Shown here: in pieces, positions 25,701 through 37,294 of the stretch | How the letters are laid out: the number at the start of each line of letters is the position of its first letter | How positions within the stretch are numbered: position 1 is the stretch's first letter | Assembly: GCA_023231475.1 (NCBI GenBank) | Contig: JALJEE010001537.1 | Coordinates: forward strand, 1 to 53,746 | Direction: 5' to 3' | From: Seison nebaliae | Taxonomy: Eukaryota | Length of the DNA stretch: 53,746 nt | Made by a program: the position numbers and the translations under genes | Notes under the pieces: model-generated | Told to the model about the DNA's origin: nothing | What the model saw: the letters and a program-made list of their open reading frames with translations, nothing else | The model's database searches: none

Positions 25701-28300
25701 CTCTTACTTATTCTTCGTAGTAATTTATTTATCATTTAGTAGTCTTTCTCCACTTTCTCTTCTCATTTAATGCATTCTTATTCATTCATCGATCAACGCT
25801 AATTTTTCTAATGTTCATCTTCCAACGTTCCGTTTAATGGACGATGTCATGAGACGAGTATAATGGGAAGGGAGAAAGAAGTAGGTTCCTTCACACCATT
25901 ATCATTTCTTATAGTAGTCACGACTCAGAACATGAAGAATTGTTTATGAAATTACCATCCTATAATCATGTTAATTCCAAATTGAATTTGCAGGTTTCAT
26001 TACCATTCGTCCAACAATTGAATTTGTGCAAATAATTGTGTTGTTCCTTTCCTTTACTCTAATAAGAAATGATTCGGCTTTCAATGAAATTAAAACGTAG
26101 AAGTGAAAGGGAATCATTTTTATCCTCTAAACACAAAACTTTCATAAAATCAATACAAATTATCATTTCTACTCTATTCGCATCCATACACATACATATG
26201 GAATGAGAATTGACTGTGCTTTTCCAAAATTTCTTGGTTATAGTCCTTTCCTTCCTTCCTTCCTTTCTTCATTTTTCTCCTCTCATTCACCATTTGTTTT
26301 CATGGCAAATATTCCCGTTTTTCCTATGGATTTATATTTTCAACTAAACCTCACCAGTCAGTCTAATCGCCATTATCGTTCGAATGAATTGGAGAGAACA
26401 CAGAAGTGAATGAGCATTTCCACACAAATTCTCCTCTCGTACTCATGTGAAGATATATAGTCTTATTTCGTTTCCAACTCGGCTATCTCTCTAATTAATT
26501 ATCAACTATTCGAATGAAGCTTCCTTACTATCTATTTCTACACTTTATCTAACTATTTTATTTATGAATGAAGAGATATTATTTAAGCATATTCTCATTA
26601 TATCTTCTTCCATATATTCGACTTGTGAGGAGGAGTATCGATGAGAATTATGTACATCTATTCTTCCACATTAACACCCACATCTCGATGTCTCTAACCA
26701 AATAGTCTCAAGGATCATTTCGTTGACTTACTCCACCACTACCACTACTCTATTACTACTCTACTATTAACATCACAAATAAAAAAGATGTATTGTTCGG
26801 TCGAAATCCTCTTCCAAAATTTTCAAAGAGAATTTTCTAAAAGCAAGAGAAAATGGACATCATCAACAAAAGATCTTTTTTTTCTGTCTGGGAAAATAAC
26901 TTCTAACTGAAATGATGTTTCTTTCCTACACATACTCTCTATGTCTCATCTCTTCTTCTCTCTCTCTCTCTCACTTTTCCTCTTTGTCGGATATATTGTC
27001 TTTCAATAAAATTATTGAAATGGTCTTATCAGACAGTCTTGAATTCGACAATCGCATCTGCTTCTTTAATATCATAAAATATCAACAACTTTATCTCAAG
27101 TTTTTAAATTCGAAAAAAAATTTATCCTCAACATCTTCAAATCACTCGACTACTTCCTCTTTCCTATTCTTCATTCAGTTCCAATGGCAACATCGTTTAC
27201 ATTGTCCTTTCATGTGCATGTCCGTCAGAACCAGTTTAACTCCAGCAATTCTCACTTTCCTTATAATGTATTTTGTTCATGGAACATTTTTTAAATTTTT
27301 TTATTGAAATTCTCTCTCGTATTTTGTGCAATTAAATTAGCATTTTCCGACATGGTCTCTCAAAGGGAGATGACATTAATGAAGAAGATTAATTTCAAGA
27401 AAGAAGTTTGTGGATTGTGAGACATAAAAACAAATGAATTATCCATTTGACGTTTGATCGATCATTCACGAAACAGGTGATAACAGCTGTTCCGTTTTCA
27501 TTTTTCAAGTTGATCATCTGCTGAAAATCAAATTTTTTTTGGCAACAACCTTTTTATGACTTTTCTTCCTAATAATTCTCTATCTTAACAGCATGAAATG
27601 AGTCAAATAATTTACTTTCGATTCTATATCACCTCATACAGTAATTATTTTATTTCGCAAATTTGAATGTTTTATGATTCTTTCTTTTCTCCTTTCTCCA
27701 ATGATGATAATAAATTTATTTCGATAATAAATTTTACTTTCTACTTTTGTGAAAGAAAAAATTTTTACGGTTTCTTTTTCTGGGTAACCGGTATTAAAAT
27801 AGGTTAAACAACCACCAGACCAGAACATCGTTCCTTCCTACATAGATCTCATTGTAATTTGCTCAGAATTAACAAACGTGTGAGATATCAACATCAGAAC
27901 GATATGAAGAATTAAAGTAGAATAACTTTCTCTAACGGTTTCTTATGAATAACTTTGTTGATATGTAAAATAAATTGTTGTTTTTCTAAATCTTTCATAA
28001 TGAAAGTTTTATTTATGCCATTTCCTTCATTTCTTTTTGGGATTCATTTCTCATTTTTTTGTCCATGTATTCATAATAGATCTTTTTCATGGAACATGTT
28101 TTTTGATAGTTTTTGTAGTGTCATCGTTTCCTCTTCATTTTAGGCTAATGGAAAATTTTAAGAGAAAAATATAAAAATGATATTCATTTGATATTTGATG
28201 TTTGGAAATAATTTTTCTAATTAAATTTTTCTAATTAAATTTATTATTTTTTATGTTTTAAAAGATATTCTTTTGATAATATTGAATACAGGATATGTAA

Positions 28301-31300
28301 ATGCATTCCGAAAGAGTAATACAAATTAATCAAATCTCCCAAGATTTTTCATCCAATACACTCCTCTCATCTGCCTATGAAAATATTGATAATGGAATTT
28401 GGGATGATCAATGGGCAACATATTTTTCATTAAATTTCCAATGTGATGAACCATCGCAAACTTCCGATTTAATGACCAGGAATAGAAGTCCTTCTTGTGG
28501 TGATGTAAATGTATCGGACCGTTTAGATTCAACTGATAATATGAGTGTATCAAATTTGATGAATGATCTTGTGGAACCGTCGTCGATTACACCCCCAAAT
28601 AGTACGAAGAAAGGTGATCGTACAACTACTTCTACTTCGTCTACGTCGAATGGAGAAGATGTTGTTGATTTAGATCATCAAATAGAAAATCAATGTAGGA
28701 ACTTCGATCTGATAACGGAGAAGGAAACTGCGTGTAAGGATGAATTTTCTTTTCATAATTCTTTCCCATTTATGGAAAATATAAAAAATCATCCTTTCGA
28801 TTTAACTATCGAATTTCCAAGTGAAGATGTTAAGAATGATGTTTGTGTGTTGAATGACAATGATTTAATTGATATTCATAATTATGAATATGGTCAATTC
28901 GAAGATAAAAATTTGAAGGATAATTGTTTTGATAAATTGGATACTTCACCAATCAATTATGATGAGAAGAATATTACTCCAAAATTTTTTCTTCCGACAA
29001 ATGAATCGTTATATTCATTAGATGGTGAACAGTTTGATAAATCATTGAAGAATGCAACATTTCCTCCATTATCCCCTCAAGACTATGAAGATGAAGTGAA
29101 TGAAACTGAAGAAATATATCGATGTATATCTTGTCGTCATTTCCCTGATTATAACCAATCGAAGGAAGGTTTGAATTTCTTTCAAGAATTGAAAGCGAGA
29201 GATGATATATTGAATTTGAATAAGATTCATCATCCTGATATTTCATATGGAAATGATGAACTATCGCATAATGCATCATATGGTTCAATTTTTCCATATG
29301 ATGATGATTCTTATCATTCTGATGATTTATTTCATCATTTATCGAATTTGAGAGATCTCAATTCTTCTTTTCCACTCGATACTCAAAGAACAAATGTATT
29401 AAACACTCTTGGTACATTATTACCAGTGACATCACCAGTAGTATCTTCAATAACATCATCCATATTATCAGGAACAATATCTACTACTTCCATCATTTCA
29501 AGAACAACATCATCACCACTTGCAACATCATCATCACCGTTAACTACAGTTTTATCAACTCCAATTTTGGTGGATACACCTAATCGTTATCGAAATAATG
29601 GATTGAGGAGAAACATGTCAAATAAATCGGTGAATCGTCGAAGTCTTAAAAAGAAAGATATTGCTGTTGATATCATTTCGGAGAATGAGAGAGCAGATAC
29701 AAGAACACCATCGACTCCACGAGCAAATCGAACGAATCGTAAAAGAAAAATCTTCCCAGATTTTGATGAGAGTCCACAAATGGAAAAATTTAAAGAAAAT
29801 GAAGAACGGGAATTGATTGAAATGGATGAAAGTATGAATGAGAGAAAAGAAGATAATTTTGAAGAAGAGAAAAGAATCGAAATTAAGAAAGAAGATGGAC
29901 AATTGTTGATTAATCAACCACCTGTGGTAAAAATAGAAGAATCAACAAAACTTTTATTTTATGCTTCAAACAATGGATTGACTTCATCGAAACAATTGAA
30001 AAAAGAGGAAACATCATCATCATCATCAACATCATCATCATCATCATCTGATGAACAATCTAGTATTTCATCAACATCAAGTGATCGATTCGAATTTATT
30101 CAGACAAATGGTCAAGAATCATTCGGAATCAAAAATCATATGATGGAAAGAACTTATCCAAAACGATATGAACATAATATTTTGAATGATGTAAATAATA
30201 AAGAACAATATAATATGATCAGAAGAAATTCGAAACCGATAGAATATGATGATGGAATGTGTAATAAAGATGATTTATACAATTCTTTACAAAATGGAAA
30301 GAGATATGGAATTCCATTTCAAAATCATTTAATATCAAATCAATTCGACAAAACAGAAAAATATGATAATTCCATTATTGGAAATGATGAAAGTGGAATG
30401 AAGAAATTTAATGATAATTCTCATTATTCATATAATGGAGAATTGAATGAGAGAACTATTCACAATAATCGATTGAATGGAAGGATGAATCATAACATTT
30501 CTCACTGGCAACAAAGAAGATTGAATCAAATCGACAACGACAATGAATCAATAGAACATATGGAGAAGAATAGTTTAAATTTTGAAACTGATCTAAATTA
30601 TGAGGATTTGGAGCGTAATCTTCGCTCACAAAACTATTTTTCTTCCACCACAGAGAGCTTGAACAAATTCAGACATAAACCATCGACAATGGAACGACTT
30701 CCCTACAATTCATCAGATAATCGAGAGATTATGAATGGTATTCCCATGTCAGTAGCTCCATTAATGTCCTTTCAGAATCATCGTTATGTATCGTCGTGTA
30801 TGGATACTAGAGAGATGAAAGAAGAACCGATAGATGCATATCATCATCATCATCCTCATCCTCATAATAATAATAATAATAATAATAATAATTATTATAT
30901 TCCTTCTCGTCCATATCATCAAGATTATCCACAAAAACAATACAAACATCATTTTGATTACATGGAACATTTGTCGAATGAGAATGAGAATGTTAAAAGA
31001 AGGAATAATAATAATAATAATGTTAAAATGGAATATATACAACAAAAAACTAAATTGATATGTGAAGAACTTAATAGAAATCATTCGTCACCAAATAATT
31101 TTAGTATTGAACAAAAAAAGATTGAAGAAGCGGAGAATATCAAACGTGAGGTACATATTCGAATGGAAAGGAAACGAAGGAAAGATTTAAAAGAAAGTTT
31201 CGAAGATTTGAAAATTGCATTACCATCACTCGTTAATCAACAACGATCGGCGAAAGCAACCATTTTACGAAGTGCATTAAGTTATATTGTTCGATTGAAG

Positions 31301-32035
31301 ACGCAAATAATTCATAAGACATGTGAATTATCTGTTGTTAAAAATAAGAATGAAGAGACGGATAATGATATGAAATTGTTACGAATGGTAGCAACGAGAA
31401 CAATATCATTAAAGATGGCATATCAAAGAATGTCGATCGATATGAGAAATCGAATTAAGAAAGTTTTCCTTTCATCGAAAAGGAAATCGAATTATTATCA
31501 TGTCATGTCTCAATCAGGTCAATTATCCAATTTAACAAGATCGTCATATAATCCATCAAATATTCGTCAATTTCCAAACTTGCACAATAATCGATGGCCA
31601 AATTATTTCAATTCTCATGGACGAAATAATATTAATAAATATAGGAACATCAACAACAACATCAATAACATCAATAACATCAATAATAATAACAATAAAA
31701 ATGATAGACTGAATATTGGACAAAAATATCAAAAGAATATTTATGACAACAATTATCGTGATTATGACAACCGATCAGATTTGAGAAATGATAAATTGCA
31801 TATTTCCAAAAAGAATTCACCGATTGTTCAGAAAACTTTCGTTTCGACTAAATGCCATTCTCCCAAAATGACAACGTCCTTCACACCAATCTATCGAGAA
31901 CAATTAGGTACGAACATATTAAAATCGAAAGTTGCTTATGAACAAAATATAAAGCTCAAGATGGAAGTTCCCAATTGTCTTCGAAATATTAAGAGTCGAC
32001 TTGAAACCGGTGTAATGTCGAACCGTAATACATAA
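28301..32035 (+). CDS. Myc-like bHLH(-ZIP) transcription factor, unusually long (1,244 aa, single coding exon)
   Basis: bHLH from 31142 (KREVHIRMERKRRKDLKESFEDLKIALPSLVNQQRSAKATILRSALSYIVRL) aligns with the Myc bHLH including the loop and keeps His-Glu-Arg E-box contacts. PPLSP and PSED motifs in the N-terminal third recall Myc box I. Confidence 0.75.
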   Translation: MHSERVIQINQISQDFSSNTLLSSAYENIDNGIWDDQWATYFSLNFQCDEPSQTSDLMTRNRSPSCGDVNVSDRLDSTDNMSVSNLMNDLVEPSSITPPNSTKKGDRTTTSTSSTSNGEDVVDLDHQIENQCRNFDLITEKETACKDEFSFHNSFPFMENIKNHPFDLTIEFPSEDVKNDVCVLNDNDLIDIHNYEYGQFEDKNLKDNCFDKLDTSPINYDEKNITPKFFLPTNESLYSLDGEQFDKSLKNATFPPLSPQDYEDEVNETEEIYRCISCRHFPDYNQSKEGLNFFQELKARDDILNLNKIHHPDISYGNDELSHNASYGSIFPYDDDSYHSDDLFHHLSNLRDLNSSFPLDTQRTNVLNTLGTLLPVTSPVVSSITSSILSGTISTTSIISRTTSSPLATSSSPLTTVLSTPILVDTPNRYRNNGLRRNMSNKSVNRRSLKKKDIAVDIISENERADTRTPSTPRANRTNRKRKIFPDFDESPQMEKFKENEERELIEMDESMNERKEDNFEEEKRIEIKKEDGQLLINQPPVVKIEESTKLLFYASNNGLTSSKQLKKEETSSSSSTSSSSSSDEQSSISSTSSDRFEFIQTNGQESFGIKNHMMERTYPKRYEHNILNDVNNKEQYNMIRRNSKPIEYDDGMCNKDDLYNSLQNGKRYGIPFQNHLISNQFDKTEKYDNSIIGNDESGMKKFNDNSHYSYNGELNERTIHNNRLNGRMNHNISHWQQRRLNQIDNDNESIEHMEKNSLNFETDLNYEDLERNLRSQNYFSSTTESLNKFRHKPSTMERLPYNSSDNREIMNGIPMSVAPLMSFQNHRYVSSCMDTREMKEEPIDAYHHHHPHPHNNNNNNNNNYYIPSRPYHQDYPQKQYKHHFDYMEHLSNENENVKRRNNNNNNVKMEYIQQKTKLICEELNRNHSSPNNFSIEQKKIEEAENIKREVHIRMERKRRKDLKESFEDLKIALPSLVNQQRSAKATILRSALSYIVRLKTQIIHKTCELSVVKNKNEETDNDMKLLRMVATRTISLKMAYQRMSIDMRNRIKKVFLSSKRKSNYYHVMSQSGQLSNLTRSSYNPSNIRQFPNLHNNRWPNYFNSHGRNNINKYRNINNNINNINNINNNNNKNDRLNIGQKYQKNIYDNNYRDYDNRSDLRNDKLHISKKNSPIVQKTFVSTKCHSPKMTTSFTPIYREQLGTNILKSKVAYEQNIKLKMEVPNCLRNIKSRLETGVMSNRNT

Positions 32036-33512
32036 AAATTCTGATAAGCATCGTGTTGCATGATCGCCTATTGGTCTTGCTGACGAATGATTATTAACGT
32101 TATTTTTTTTTCTTCTTTAAAAACTTTTAAACTTTTGTTCATTTTATTTCGTTTCTTCGTTTTACTTCATAAATATCCGGAGATTAAAGTGGAATTGATA
32201 TATTTTTTCTGGTAATAATTCTCTTTTCAATTTTTACACATCAATTTTCACTTCTAATCTATTTTACTCCTTTTTTTTTCTTGGTCTTTTCATTAATTCA
32301 ATCAGATGTTCAGTCGTTTTCTTTTAATTTCTCGTTAACTTTTTATATCGTCGGCATTTGTTGTTATTTTCTTTCCAAATAATCTTGTTACATTTTTTCA
32401 TTAAATATGTTGATGATTGATTATATATCAAATCTTTTTCCAATCCACCAATTTTCCCAACTTACATTTGAAACAATTAATTTCATTCATTCTTAAAAGA
32501 ATTTACCACTTCAATTTTATGCAAATCTTTTCAAAGATTTAATTTCTATTGAAATGTGTCTAAAGTTTATTTTGGAACATTAAGAAATAATGGAGAACTA
32601 TTATGTGAGAGAATTGAAAGAATTTGGTTTGACAATGGGAGTAAATGCATATGTTTAAAATAGATCTAAATTTATAATTATTTTGAAAAATACTCTATGA
32701 GATTTATGATCGATTCCTAAGTGAAATATCCCCTAAAATGTCACATTGATTTGTTCTCAGAAAATGGAATAAATTTTTTCAAAGAAAACCGACCTATTAC
32801 TATGAATTTTGTGGGAGAAACATATAGATAACTCTGTTAGAAATCTGTTTAGACGATTGAGAATTTATTTTCATTTTTATTCATCGATCCAACGGGTGGA
32901 CACTTTTCTAAAAAGTTATTTCTAATTAAGCTTAAATCTTTCGCCTAAAATGATTGAACGTTCAATGAAATTAACAAAATCCGACAGATATAAAATATAC
33001 TTTCTCAAACATTTACATGTCTAAAGATATCTTTCCATTTTTATTGTTTATTATATTAGTTGATTAAAGCCGTCAAAAAACAATTAAATATATATACAAT
33101 TGCAACGGATTAGCTAACTGATTCAATTGTATATTAATGATACATGTCAATCAATCACAATATTCTTTTCTGGTTCTTTAACCAAGATCAATCGGACACA
33201 GTTGATATTACCAATTAATTTAGAAAGAATAAATTAAAATCTATCACGGATGAATATCAGATAATATGTTAATTTTTATTATCGCATTATATTATTATTA
33301 TTAGAGATACAATTGATTTTAAATCGAAAATTTTTCAGATAATGATAATTTCGGATGATTGATCTGTTAAGAATTCCATTATGATTAGTATCAGAATAAA
33401 ATACCTTTTTCTTGTAGAAGATAAGAAGTATGATGTTATAAAGTTAACTTTTATTTTCAAATAAATATTTACACGGATGAATAGAGGAAATAGAGGAAGA
33501 GAGAAAGAATTT

Positions 33513-36500
33513 CTATTCACGACTGGTTATTGTATGTTTTTGGGAGGAGCCGGTGCATGTAGCAGCGAATTTCAGTTCTCTCATGAATTCTTGACAAATA
33601 TTCTCTCTAGCATGTTTCAAATGAATATCGTCACTATCGATTAGATTATTATTGTGTTTTCTTTCGGAAGAGGATGATATGGATGAAGAAGTATCTGCTG
33701 AGAAGAAACACATGCGATTACGTAATCGTTTGAATTGTTTTGAACAAGAACAAATATTCGTAATGAATTCTATACAAACGACGACGGCACTTAAACAAAC
33801 ACCCAGAATGAGTACGACGAATATGCCTCCAACATTCTCTATACCAAGTTCATCTGTCGTACTACTTTCTCCACCTCCTTCTTCACACATCGAATCACCA
33901 GAACCGCCCACTCTCCACCATTTATTATAAATTTCAGTTAATTTACCATCTTCTTGCATTGCTAAAATTGCTGTTGACATTTTTTCGAGATAAGATGGAT
34001 CTGAAAAAGTTTTAGTCAATAAAATTTATGAGTAAATCTAACCTAAAGTTTTCCGTAAAGCGATTCCATATCCTTTCGCATCTAACAAGTTACCGATTTG
34101 TGTAAGATTACAATCTCGATTCATATGATATTCAATAACTGAACTCTCCATAAAGAAAGCATAATTTCCTTCTAACACTTTCTTTATTCCTTCTTCGGTG
34201 GATTTGGTAAATACATTCATTTTAGCTGACGACATACCTTTCCATAATTTTTCATAAACTGGAATTTTAGAATCTTCGAAAAAAGCCTGAGTAGAACCAC
34301 CGGCTAATGTACCATAAGTGATAGCTTCTTGTCCAATTAGATCTTCCACCTTCTCAATAGGAGAAACAGTTCTTTCCACAGTGAGGAAAGCAGCCAAATT
34401 GGCGGTATATGATGACACCATAATCAAATTAAAAAACCACCAAAACGAAGCAATAATTCTCGTTGATATTGCTCGTGGAATATATTCGCTTCCTTGTTGC
34501 ATTAATGCACCAAATGAGAACCATAAAGAATTGAATGATCCTAAATCATTATCAGGTGAATCAAGTGGTGCACCACATGCCTCTTCTTCATACCATTCAT
34601 ATGGTGATACACGTGCAATAATAAATACTACAATACTTATACCTAACCATCCAATAACAATATACGCCCAAACCTGAAACATATTATGAAAACTGATTTT
34701 TTCACAATAATTTAACTTCATTGGACAAAGGAGATAAAAATGAAAATAATCCAGGCTTCTCTCTTTTCGGTCGTTTAAACAACATTCCAATCCCGACGCT
34801 CATGAATGGTGCGGTAAAATCGACAACTTTCGCTCGCTCATAATTAATTGTCATTCCACCTAACGCTACATCAGCTTCCTATGAAAATAATTAAAACTAA
34901 TTTAAAAAAAAAAAAGAGAACTGCACGTAACACTTCGCCTATCAGACCATTCCATTTGCCAGAAGAATTCTTCCCAAATGTTTTCTCATTGGATTTGGAT
35001 AAAGTGTAATTAAATTTACATCGTTTCGAAAGTTCATCCATAAGATCAATACAAAAACCGACGAATACTTGATTCGGTTTCAATCCTCTTCCACTGATTC
35101 CAAACGTTTTCGATTTCTTCCCTTTCGATGTTTGATTTTTAATAAGAACATAAGGTGCCTCCTCCTTCACCGTCACAAATAATGACTGGAATGGATATTT
35201 GTAATGTTCACCAGCTGGACGATAATTCGAGTTCCATTCAACACCTCGATCTTTTTTCCAGATTCCGATCTTTGAAACAGAAAAAAATTGATTTGGAAAG
35301 AGAATTAGATTTGTGAAAGATGAGAAATGAGAGCAAACGGGAATATATCCTTTTTCAATGTCAACTTGTATAATGGTAACTGAAACATCGATACGATGAA
35401 GATGTTGTAATCGAATAACTCCAGTCATTCCATTTAAATTCATCTACATTTGGAGAATAAATTTTAAAATGAAAAATTTATTATAATTAAAACTCCATGT
35501 AATTGATTGAGGAAAGTGTCACCCCATTGCATTGGCCATTGATTATTTTGTCGTTTAAAACGTATTAAACTTTCATTACAATTTTGATGACGAACATATC
35601 GATTCCTACTAATGGATCGTCGTGTTATTTGAGTTAGACCAATCGTTTCAGCAAATGCAATTAATGCATATCTGACTGCATCATACATTAATGCTAAATT
35701 CAACTGAAATAATAAATAAATAATAGAAAAGAAAAAATTAAATAGGAACTGGAATAATAAATCGATTTTTTAATAAATTATCTGTTCGGATATTATTCTC
35801 TTTTTTCATAATTTCAATATTCTTCTTTTTTATCGAATCTTTCCATATTCGCTCTTTCTGTTGTTGATCGGAGAGGAGAAGATTCCACACCGACTCATCT
35901 TCATATGGTAATGGAACAATATTCTTTTTTGAAATATTTTTATGACATTCGTCATAATTCTTACACTTCTGTTCGAGATTTTGGATGTCATCTGTCGTTT
36001 CCATTTTATTAATTAATTCTGAATTCTTTCCATCCATTGGAGAACGTAAACGTAAAGCATAAATTAATGCATTATTATGTTGGAAATTATTTACATCGAT
36101 GGTATCAGCATCGAAGTTTGTGAGGAAGAAATGGTTCTTATCATTTATCATTCCTAATTGAAGAGCAGCTCGTAATGCTGCTGTAGCACTATCAGCTGTT
36201 GATGTATCAATAACGAAATGATTACAAAAATCTTTTAACGACGATAAAGGTGAACGACATAAATTGAATGCATCGCGCCATAATCCTTGTGAATGGACGG
36301 ATGTATCATCAGGCCAATAGAAACCACGATTCCCATTTAAATTACATCGATATGAACGTTGTGATTTATTTGTACAATCGATACGTGTGTCGATCAAATG
36401 AAGAAATGTTCGAAAATGATCATCAGTATAAGAATGTTTCTTATTATCTTCTTCATCAGATCCCATATCATTCTCTTCATCTTCTCCATCGATCGAACCT

Positions 36501-37294
36501 CCACCTTCTTTATTCATTAGAATTTGTTCATGTAAATAATTCGTTGCATTCTCTGTTGACATCATACTACTGAAAGTGTTGACAATCGTCGACTTAGAAA
36601 AGAGAAGACGTGTTGAAGATAATCCTGTACGGACGTCAGATAAAACGATGAAATTCTTCCAATTCAATTTCTTTAAAATTTGCAAGATTGACAATGAGAT
36701 TTCCGATGATGATGGTGTTATATCAGTAGTAGTTGACCATTTAGGTAATCGATTATTCTCTTGCATATGTACAAAAATTGGATTTAGTTTCTCGTAAGGT
36801 ATCGGTTGTGGGAAGAAATCATTTCGTTTAATTATCAGATTAATGATATATTTGAAGATAGCACTAGATGGAGAAAATTTGATGTGAGGTACTTCCAATT
36901 GTGATGTTAATGCAACTAATTGAGAGAATAATGCTGGATTTATTGGTCCAAATAGAACAACGTAAGGCACTTGACCATTTGAAGATGTTCCTTTCAATTT
37001 CTCTACGTTCGTATGAACAATTGACATTGCACGAAATGCATCCATTTTCTCATTGATATGGATTAAATGCGATTCGATTTGTACAGTATTCATATTTCTA
37101 CCCAAATCAATAAGAATATTCTCGAATAATTTCGTATATTTCTCATACCAGGCATTCTGTTGAGGAATGTCCAAAATTAATGCCATTCGTAAGAGATAAT
37201 CCTTCTTCCAATTCATTTTTCTTTTCATATCATTGGAATGAATTAGTGACATGATGATTAAGAGATTCATCAAAATTCTTTTAAGTTTTATCAT
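33513..37294 (-). CDS. Ionotropic glutamate receptor, kainate/AMPA class (introns 35704-35749, 35444-35493, 35270-35338, 34879-34921, 34674-34716, 34001-34042; 3' end approximate)
   Basis: S1 (GFCIDLMDELS, WNGLIGEV, TINYERAKVVDFTAPFM), pore loop (SLWFSFGALMQQGS), M3 (SSYTANLAAFLTVER), S2 (GGSTQAFF, MESSVIEY, KGYGIA) and M4 (ENVGGIFVVLILG). LMQQGSE and IGNLLDAKGYGIA are kainate-like. Confidence 0.93.
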
